DNA from: Neocallimastix sp. 'constans'
Taxonomy: Eukaryota
DNA: 64,000 nt
Assembly: GCA_050613775.1 (NCBI GenBank)
Contig: JBODTK010000001.1
Span: forward strand, 1,984,001-2,048,000
Direction of reading: 5' to 3'
The position numbers and the translations under genes were made by a program. The notes beneath the pieces were generated by a model that was not told where the DNA came from, made no database searches, and saw only the letters and a program-made list of their open reading frames with translations. Shown one piece after another: positions 53,580 to 64,000 of the stretch. Every line of letters starts with the position of its first letter. Within the stretch, counting starts at the first letter, position 1.

Positions 53580-53605
53580 TAATAATAATAATAATAATAA
53601 TAATT
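53360..53605. repeat. (AAT)n microsatellite
   Basis: Directly visible. Confidence 0.9.
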
Positions 53606-54676
53606 GATACATGTTGTTTGTTTGTTTATTTATTTATTATATTACGAATTATGGGTAACATGATTTTTTTTTATTTTTTTATTTTTTTTATTTCTAATAG
53701 GTATCGCCGTTGGTTTCAGCCCTCCCCCCGTAGTTCATTTTATATTGAGGAAGTCACTTTCATATAGGCGGATAATGTTCCTGTTGGATGGCCTTACTGA
53801 GTGTTCAACATTGAGGCTCTGCCATGGATATTATTGCTGAGAATTCGCCTCGTACGCTTTTTCTCGGAGTGCTTCTCCGGTTCGTAATTTCCTTTTGAAG
53901 CGAGACCAATATAACCTAACCCATAAAATACATACTAGCTCTCTTGGCAAATGCATCATCGTCAGAAGGATTGTAATTTAGTAGAATATATTTACATCAC
54001 CAAGTGGAAGTGGAATATATATCTATATTATATGGACACATGAAATCATGTACCCAAAATGCTAGTAATTCCCTCGTAAATATATTAAATGATAGTACTT
54101 GGGCAACTCTCTCAGTTAGGACAGTATCTTGTCTATATTACTTCCATTACTTAGGGTTACAAGTAAGTTATTTCCTCATATATTATTATTCTAAAAATTT
54201 CCTAACTACCATTTCCGTAAAAACTTCTTGTGAGAGGAAAACCTGGAAAATGGTCATAGGGCGGTTAAAATGAAGAGAAGTGGATAGTACCTTCATGATA
54301 TTATTATATAGAAATATATTACGTGAATACATTTGTTTCATCTATACAAGTTACACAAAATATTTGAAATTTAAACACAAATTTTATATAACACTTAATA
54401 AATGTATTAACTAATTGATATAAAACATAAATATAATTCACTTAAAATTTATTTAACATTATAAATATATAAAATAAAATGAATATAATTATTATATACT
54501 TATCAATGATAATAATTAATAATAATCAATAAAATAATAATAATGGATAATAATAATAATAAATAAATAATAAATAATAAAATAATAATTTATAATTTAT
54601 AATAAAATAAATAAATAATAAATAATAAAACAATTAATAATAATGGATAATAATAAAATATAATGAATAATGGAAT

Positions 54677-54719
<43 letters not shown>

Positions 54720-54749
54720 CGAAGAGTAAAATAATAATTAATAATAATG

Positions 54750-55025
54750 GATATATAATGGATATAAATAATAAAATAATAATTAATAATAATAATGGAT
54801 ATAAATAATAAAATAATAATTAATAATAATAATGGATATAAATAATAAAATAATAATTAATAATAATAATGGATATAAATAATAAAATAATAATTAATAA
54901 TAATAATGGATATAAATAATAAAATAATAATTAATAATAATAATGGATATAAATAATAAAATAATAATTAATAATAATAAAGGATATAAATAATAAAATA
55001 ATAATTAATAATAATAATGGATAAT
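54750..55025. repeat. 37-bp minisatellite, about 7-8 copies (ATGGATATAAATAATAAAATAATAATTAATAATAATA)
   Basis: GGAT recurs at 54797, 54834, 54871, 54908, 54945, 54982 and 55019. Confidence 0.9.
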
Positions 55026-55232
55026 AATAATAATAGGACTAATTATTGATTTATTTTTAATAAATCTTGATCATTCAAATGAGAAAGAGAAAATTAAGAA
55101 GAAAATTAGGTTGGGTAATGACATATAATATTATCTCTAGTATGAATAAAAATCAAACAAAATATAGGTAAACTTAAATAATCATTAACTTTTTATTTAT
55201 AGTTTGATAATCCTTTGAAACCATTTATATAA

Positions 55233-55323
<91 letters not shown>

Positions 55324-55356
55324 ACAAACAAATAAACAAACAAACAAACAAACAAA

Positions 55357-55411
<55 letters not shown>

Positions 55412-56237
55412 ATTAATCATTCTTTCTTATAATATTTTAATATATTTTGATATATTTTATTCTATAAATAAAATAATAATATATTGGGATAATTAATTTA
55501 AATAATTAAACAATATATTAAAGTTAATATTAATATATTCAATATTCAATTTATAATATTAAAATAAATTATTATTCTATTGAATATTTATATTAAAAAA
55601 ATAACCTTTTCAAAAAAATAATAATAAATAAAAATAAATAAAATAATAATAAAATAAACAAAAAAAAAAAAGAATTATCCATCATTATAAATTATTTGGT
55701 TTATATTAAAATTTAATTTTTTTTATATATACACAAATTAAATTTTGAAAAACTTAAATGTTTTTTTTTTTTTTAATTTTTTTTTAATTTTTTTTTTTTT
55801 ATTATTAAAAAAAAAAAAGAAATTTAAAAGAGCTTATAGTAATACTTCAAATTTTAAAATTATTTAATATTTATATATTTATATTTATATATTTATATAT
55901 TTAATATTCATATTTAAAATTTATTTAAATAAATGGTTATATAAATTTATTATTTTTTATAATTAATAGTAAATAATTAGTATTTAATAAATATATATTT
56001 TTTATTAAATATTTAATATATAATATTTCAGGTCTAACGTCAAAATATCTAGATGTTTAATGCATATATTGATTTTTATTTTATTAATAAATATATTTAT
56101 ATATATATAATTTTATTATAAAACTATTATTATAACATTAAAACCATTATACATCTATATTTAATTAATTATTTGCTATTATCGTTTCAAATAATTTATC
56201 TCTTTTTGTATTAGTTAATTATAATTAATAGATTAAT

Positions 56238-56272
<35 letters not shown>

Positions 56273-57977
56273 TTGATAATTTTTAGAAATGATAATAAAT
56301 GATATGTTTTATTTATTTATTTGTTTATTTTTTTTAACTAAATAACATTTAAAAAAAAAATAAAAAAGAGAATTTCATATATAGAAGTATTTCTAATTGA
56401 ATTATATTATGTAATAGTATATTGTAAAATATATAAATTTTTATTTAATATTTTTTTTAAACTAAAATTATAATTTAAATTTTTAGTTACTTTCTTCTTC
56501 TTTATTTTTTTATATATAATTATTTTGTGGTTACACAAGGCAACCAATATTTTTTATTTTTATTTTTATTGAAAAGTATAATTAATTTATGTTGTAACAA
56601 ATAAATAATATATATTAGTAAATATTAAGGTAAAGATTAAGGTAATTAATAAATAATAAATTGAAATTTTTAAATTTTATTTAAAATAATAATAAATAAT
56701 AAATAGAAAAAGTTTATAATAGAAAAATAATTTAGAGAAGAAATTATATTACAATATTATAGAAAGTAGTTTTAATTTTTGTAAAAAGATATATTACATA
56801 AAGGAAATATCTAAAAATAATAATTATTTTCATTATAAAATTAAAGAGATGTAGATGGAATAATTATACAACATGATGGATATTTTTTTTTTTTAAAAAT
56901 TTTTATTAAAAAAAAAAAGTTAATATTAATAAAATAGTAAAAAAAAAAAAATTTTTTTTTTTATTATTTTTTATAGTTTATTAATTATTAAATTAAATTT
57001 TTCAAACTTTTTTTTTTTATATTATAAATTTTTTTATATTGTAAATATTAATATTTAAATAAGAAATTGCCGTTTTTTTTATACCAATAGAAAAAAAGTT
57101 TTTTTTTTTTATTAATTCAGGAATCAAAATTTATTTAATTTTTTTTTATTTAAATTAGTTCCTATTTTAGGGTTATTAAATTTTTTTTTAATGGGTGAAT
57201 TAATTTCTTTATAATTTCTTTATGGTTTTATTAATTTATTAATTTTTTTTTATTTTTTTAATTTCTAATTTCTAGTTTGATCTACTTTTCATTGGTGATG
57301 CTACTTTTAACAAGATTATATTACCAATTATTTATGCATACTAATATTTTTATTTATATGAAATTGTATTTATGATTAACGTAATCCATAAAATGCTGTA
57401 TGTAGCATGAAATATTAAATGAATCATAATGTATATAAAGAAAAATTTCTATTCGTTCATTTTCCCCCTATATCATTTTTTTTGATCATTGAAGTATATT
57501 ATTTTGATAAAATTTTTTAATTGATTTAAAGAAAAATTAATGGAAAAATTAGAGATTTTTATTAGAGCATATTGTTTCCTTTATTTTTATTTTTATTTTT
57601 TATTTTATTTTTTTTTATTATTATCATTTTTATTATATTTATTTTTTTATTTAGGAGTTCAACTTAATAATTTAAATTGTTCTTAAATAACAAATCAATA
57701 TAATTATTTATGATATGGAGTACAGAGCTTTATTAGAAATTTATATGTATAACAATGAAATTACTAGTATTAATAAAAAAAAACATGTCAATATAATTAA
57801 ATTAATTATTTTAAAATGTTGACATTATAAAAAGTTCATTATAAAAAAAGATAATAATTAATAATTAATTTTTAATAAATAAAACTATCACATTGGATAA
57901 TATAATAATTTTTTCTTCTTTCAATTAATTTTGTGTTTTATCCACTATTAAAATAATAATACTAATGAAAAAAATAT

Positions 57978-58013
<36 letters not shown>

Positions 58014-60470
58014 ATATAATTTATTTTATTTGAAGTTACTGTACATCTTATTATTTTTTAGTGGTTTATACCAACATGTAAAACTCATCTATTAACTTTT
58101 ATGTAGGACTTTATAATATGCTTTATAACATTTATAAAAAATATATTATTATACAATGAAAATATAATATTTAAGTTATTAAAATATATATATTTTTTTA
58201 AAACTATTTTAATTTATATTAAAAATAATAAATATATAGTTTATATTTAATATTTTCATTAATAAACAATAATAAGGTTTCATAATAATTATAATCACAC
58301 ACACAACTAAAAAAAAAAAAAAGAGAAAAATTAATTTCAGATTTTAATTAAAATTTAAAATATTATAATTTTAAATTTATAGACCATATAAAAATAATTA
58401 AAAAATAATCATAATATATAAGTATTTATTAATTTAATTTAATAAAGAAAAATAACAAAAAAAACTTTTTTTTTTTTTTTTTTTTTTTTTACCAATTATA
58501 TATTAAAAAATAAATAAAAAGTTTATTATGTATTAAAAAAAAAAAGATGTTTTATTTTTGACTATTAATAATAATACTAATTTTTATAATAAAAAATATT
58601 AAGAAAAATACTAAAAAAAAATGTTTTTATTATTTTTATTATTATTTTTTTAAATTAAAGTATAATATTTTAATATTTTTAATTAATAGATTTAATTTGA
58701 ATATTAATTAGATTTATAAAAAGTTTTACATTTTAATTTTTAGAACGTTGATGACCATTTTAATTAATTAAATTTTTATTCCTAATTATATATATATCGT
58801 TTTATTATTATTTTTTATCCCAAAATAATAATAAGGAATAAAAAAAAAATTAAAAAGAATGATTATTATTATTACTATCATATTATCGTAATAATAATAA
58901 TAATATTTATATCATTTTTTTATTTTTTATTTTTTTATTTTTTTTTTTTTTTTACAATTATCAAATAATATTATGGTTAATATTTAATATTAAAATAGTA
59001 ATAAATATTTTATCATTAATATCAGCTAATTTTTTTATTGTTTAAATAACCCAATTTAATCTTTTTTTATTATAATTATTTATTATAATTATTTAAATAA
59101 ATTAATAATAAATATAATAAAAAAGAAATAAATTAAAGTTAAAATATTTAATAATATGGAAGATAAAAAGTTTAAAGTAAAAAAAAAAAAAATATTAACT
59201 TTTAAATTAAGTATTTTAAAATAAAATATGATTTATATTAAAAAGAAATTGATCTGAAGATTAAGATAAAATACTAATAGTTATAATAATAAACAACGAA
59301 AAATAAACCTTTCATTAATGTATATATATATATAAAGTCATTTAAATTAATATGAAATAATTATATTTTGATAGATGACTGATTTTTTATTTTTTATCTT
59401 TTTATTATATAATTAAGAGATATCCAATAATATAGAAAATTATAAATGATAATAAAAAAAAAAAAAAAAAAAAAAAGAATAGACATAATAATTTTTATAT
59501 AATATATTTTTGTTTAATAGAATTTAATTGATAGTACATATTAAACTTTGAAAAAAAAAAAAAAAAAAGAACTAAACAAATTAAAATAACAGATAATTTT
59601 ATTATCTTTAAAAATTAGATAAAACATTAGAATTTAATTTTTTTTATTAATAATATTTGAATTTATTATGATGTTTATTTTTTTAAATATTTTATATCTA
59701 ATTTCTTCTTTTTTTTTTTTTTTTTTAATAAACTTTTATAATAATAATAAAAAAAAAGGTTATAAATTTTGTTAAATAAAAAAAAAGTTTTTTTAAAATT
59801 TGTTTATTTTTATGATAAAAAATAAAAAATAAAAATAAAAAAATGAGAATTATTGATACGTAACAACTTTTTTATTTTTATTTTTAATTTTATTTTTTAT
59901 AAATAAAACAAAAAAATAATTAAAAGCGGTAAATTTTAATTATAACCTTTATATTATTAATTTATTAAATTTTAAAAATGATATTTTTAATATTTTTAAA
60001 GCTAAAAATTAATTAAAGTACTATACGAATTGATTATTTATTTATTTTTTTTTTATTTTATTTTATCTACTGAAATAAATTTAAATGGTTTATTTAATCA
60101 TTTATAATTAAATTAAATAATTATTCATAGGAGTATATTTTTTTATAAATTTAATAACATAATAACAATAATAATAATAATTATAAAATAACAATAAAAG
60201 AATAAAAGAATAAAAAAGTGATATTAAAAAAAATTACTAAGATTTATACTAATTAATAATAATCCAATTAATAAATAAAATCAATAATAATATAATAAAA
60301 ATATTGATAATTAAATAATGATTATATTAATAATAGTACTATTATTAATAATCAAATAATATTAATAATAACAATAATATTAATAATAAAATACTAATAA
60401 AAAAACATTTTTAATAATAGGAATTAAGAACAAAACATTTTTTTTTTTAAATTTAATGTATTTTACTTAA

Positions 60471-60625
60471 TTCTTTTTCCACTTTTAAATTATATAAAAT
60501 ATTTATTATATATTATATTTAATTAGTATTTTTAATATATATAAAATTCTTTTTCCACTTTTAAATTATATAAAACATTTACAATATATATATATAATAT
60601 TTAATTAGTGTTTTTAATATAGATA
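60471..60625. repeat. About 76-bp tandem duplication (TTCTTTTTCCACTTTTAAATTATATAAAA...TTTAATTAGT.TTTTTAATATA)
   Basis: Two copies at about 60471 and 60548. Confidence 0.75.
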
Positions 60626-61059
60626 AATATATATATTTTAAATACTAAAAAAAATTTTATAAAAATAGTTTTTTTTTTTTTTTTAAATATATCGCCTTAA
60701 ATGTTTAAAATAAATTTCGTTTATATTACACATGATTACATATACTTTAATTATTTTTTTTTTTCTTTTTTGGAAACTTATTGTTTTATCAAATAAAATA
60801 AAATTTGTATATAACGATTATATAAAATAAATTAAAAAAATTTAATGCAAAATTTTCCTTATATATTATCAAACTTTATTTATAGGTATTTTAATTTTAT
60901 TCATACAAAATATATCTTAATATGGGAATAATCTAATAATTGAACCCTTTTTATATTTTTTATATTAATACCCAACTACAAATTATTTCTTCTTATAAAT
61001 GAATCCATAAATCCATAAATCCATAAATCAATAAATAACTAACAATTTAACTAATTCTC

Positions 61060-61202
<143 letters not shown>

Positions 61203-61529
61203 AATAAATAAATAAATATGATAAATAAATAATAATACTTTAACCAAAAATTAATAATAATACCTTTTTTTTTTTTTTTTTTTTTTTTTTTTCTGATTAT
61301 TCTATATTGAAGTGTTGTATTTATTATAAAAAATTAATACTTGAATAAAAAAAAAAAAAGTAATGTAGGTTTATTTCATTTATTTGCCTTTAATTATCAT
61401 AATAATAAAAGTGATAAAATAAATAAACATTAATACTTTTTTTTCCTTTAAATTTATTTCATTTAAATATTTAAATATTATCTATACCTTTTTATAACTT
61501 TTTTTTTTTTTTTTTTTTTTTTGTATCCA

Positions 61530-61814
61530 TTAATAATATTAGAATCGTTAATTTTTTATTTCTGTATATTTAAAGTTGTATTAATACTTTTTTTTTTTTT
61601 TTTTTGTGATGAAATGAATATTAATTATAATTATTTACGGAAAAAAATGATAAAGCTGATACAATCTTGTAATAAAAAAGAAAAAAATTTTCCAAATAAA
61701 AAAAATAAAAATAAAATAAAAAAAATTGAAACAAATAAACAAATAAAATAAAAAAAGTATTAATACAACTTTAAATATACAGAAACAAAAAATTAATGAT
61801 TCTAATATTATTAA
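61530..61814. mobile_element. Foldback/MITE-like element: 58-bp inverted arms (2 mismatches) around a 169-bp spacer
   Basis: 61530-61587 is the reverse complement of 61757-61814. Poly(T)/poly(A) tracts extend the symmetry on both sides. Confidence 0.7.
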
Positions 61815-63131
61815 GGGAATAAAAAAAAAAATAACAAAAACAAAAAAAAAAAAAAATAAAAAAAAAGAATTGTACCAATATAAATCTATTGTGGATTAAG
61901 GAATCAATCAATTATTACCTTTTTTTTTTTTTTTTTTTTTTTTTAATGGAAGTTATCTTTCTGAAATTATTAATGATTAATGCTTTTTTTTATTCTTTAT
62001 TTAAATCATATAATTATTATATGATTTAAATAAAGAATAAAAAAGTAACTAATGGATTGACTTTTTTTTTTTTATAATTTAAGTGCTTAATAAATAATTA
62101 AATAATGTTTATATCTAATAAAAATTATAATTTTAATAACTATTATTTATAATAATATTATTAATTATGGTAATAATTATTATCACAGTAATTTCTTATT
62201 ATCATAATAATAATCTCAAAGCTTTTAACAACTATTCCATTATTATTATTTTATTGACTGTACATACCGTAAATATATTTTTACAATATTACTTTTTTTA
62301 AAATATTATTGGTTAAAAATTATTACTATTATAATTTTTAAACTATTTTTTGATTTTTTGGTATACATTATGAATATCTCTTAAGTTTTCATTGTTAAAT
62401 ATAATCTTTTTTTTTTAATTTATTTATTATAAATATAATAATATAATAAATAAGAAAAGGCTTCAATAAATTCTTTAAGACAAGATAAAACATTATTAAT
62501 GAAAGTTAACACCATAAATTAAAGATTAAAAAGAATAATAATAAAAATAAAAAATTAAAAATATTAATAAAAATGACCAAGAAAAAAAAATATTTTTAAT
62601 TATTATCATTTAATATTTAATATTATTTTTTTAATTATTTATTTTTAATTTTTAATTCTATTTAATGTTTAATAATTTATTATTTAAAATTAAATTTTTA
62701 ATTATTATTTTACAAAAGTTTAAAAATTATCCATTTTTATATTTAATATTTTATATCAAATTTGAAGGGTTGTACAATTATTTTGTGTAATAGATAAATA
62801 TTATCAAATGTTTTATTGGTAATTATTAATATATATATATGTTATGTGAGATTAATATATATATAAATTTATTTAATGAATTTTTTTTTTTTTTTTTAGT
62901 AAATTCTATTTTTATTTTTATATTATTATTATTTTATAATAATACATATATATAAATAAAATTAGTGATTTAATGTTATAAAGTTGATTTTAATTATTTA
63001 TTATTATCCTTCACTATTCTATTCATGAAAATAAAAATAAATATATATTATATATATATATATATAATTTTTTTTTTCGGTTTTTATAAAAATAATTCAC
63101 AATATAAAAATTTTACTGTATAAACTTTTGA

Positions 63132-63177
<46 letters not shown>

Positions 63178-64000
63178 TTAATTATTTTTATTTAGGAATG
63201 TTTTGAATATTTTAGTATTTATTCTTTTATTATCGATAAAAAGAGTGATAATAATTATTATTATTTTCAGAATTAAAATTATTACTAACCATGAGTTAAG
63301 AAAAGAAATGAAATAAAAAAATTTTTTTTTGAAATAAAAATTGTGGAGGTTAATTGAAACCATAATTCTTTAAAATATTTATAAACTAAATAACTTTTCT
63401 TTTCATATAACATATACATAATAATATATATTCGAAATAAACCTTACAGTATGTATTAAACATACATTTTTATCTCTTTGTTTCATTATTTCTTTAAAAT
63501 ATTAGGTGTATCATAATAATAACGAAAGAATAAAAAATTTTAATTATTGAATAGTTTTTATAATTTATACACCTTTTTTTTTAAAAAGTAATTCAATAAT
63601 ATATGAAATGTTAATTAAAGTCTACTTTTTATACAGTAAAATAAAGTAAATCAAAATAAAATAAATTTAATAGGTTAAAATTTTATGTTTGTAACATTAT
63701 CTTATTATTATCTTATTATTTTATTAATTATTAATTTGTTTTATTTTTAATAAAAATGATTTTAATGTAAAAGTAAATTTCATTTATTTTTATATTAAGA
63801 AATAGTAATAATAAATGATAAAATATAATTAATATTAATTAATATATATTAGAATATATTTATAATATATAGTAAATAATATTCCAGTATAAAATGTCAT
63901 TTAATATATTGGAATCCGAACTTTTAATTAAATTTTAATTTTTCATAGTTAATAATATGAAATGTTTTTTTTTTTTTTTACCATTTTCATGTATATAATA

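Noticed and set aside
53806..54296. Alternative genetic code (TAA read as Gln) ORF in the GC-richer island
   Set aside because: The frame also contains TGA and TAG, the stop density is about what chance would give, and other genes in the window end in TAA.

Overview
Extremely AT-rich, microsatellite- and homopolymer-laden eukaryotic DNA with low gene density, most consistent with an anaerobic gut fungus (Neocallimastigomycota); the taxon is inferred from composition and gene content. Five credible genes: a bestrophin/UPF0187 channel (partial, at the window start), an intronless bacterial-type NhaC-family transporter (probable horizontal transfer), an intronless TMEM151-like protein with a PSAP/PTAP/PPxY-rich tail, a secreted N/D/S-rich type-I membrane protein, and a two-exon fungal membrane protein (DUF7719-like) that the ORF track splits in two. 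At 15.1-21.4 kb lies a cluster of LINE relics: an eroded APE+RT element plus three nested related LINEs with readable target-site duplications. The middle insertion carries an inverted copy of the NhaC upstream TATA-like region, so the transporter is bracketed by an inverted repeat. Also present: copia and gag relics, a dispersed element family carrying a 41-bp minisatellite, two MITE/foldback-like inverted repeats, many local tandem duplications and several unexplained GC-richer islands. Most ORFs in the supplied track are low-complexity artefacts. I saw no rRNA, tRNA or CRISPR. All family assignments are from motif recognition by eye, not database searches.
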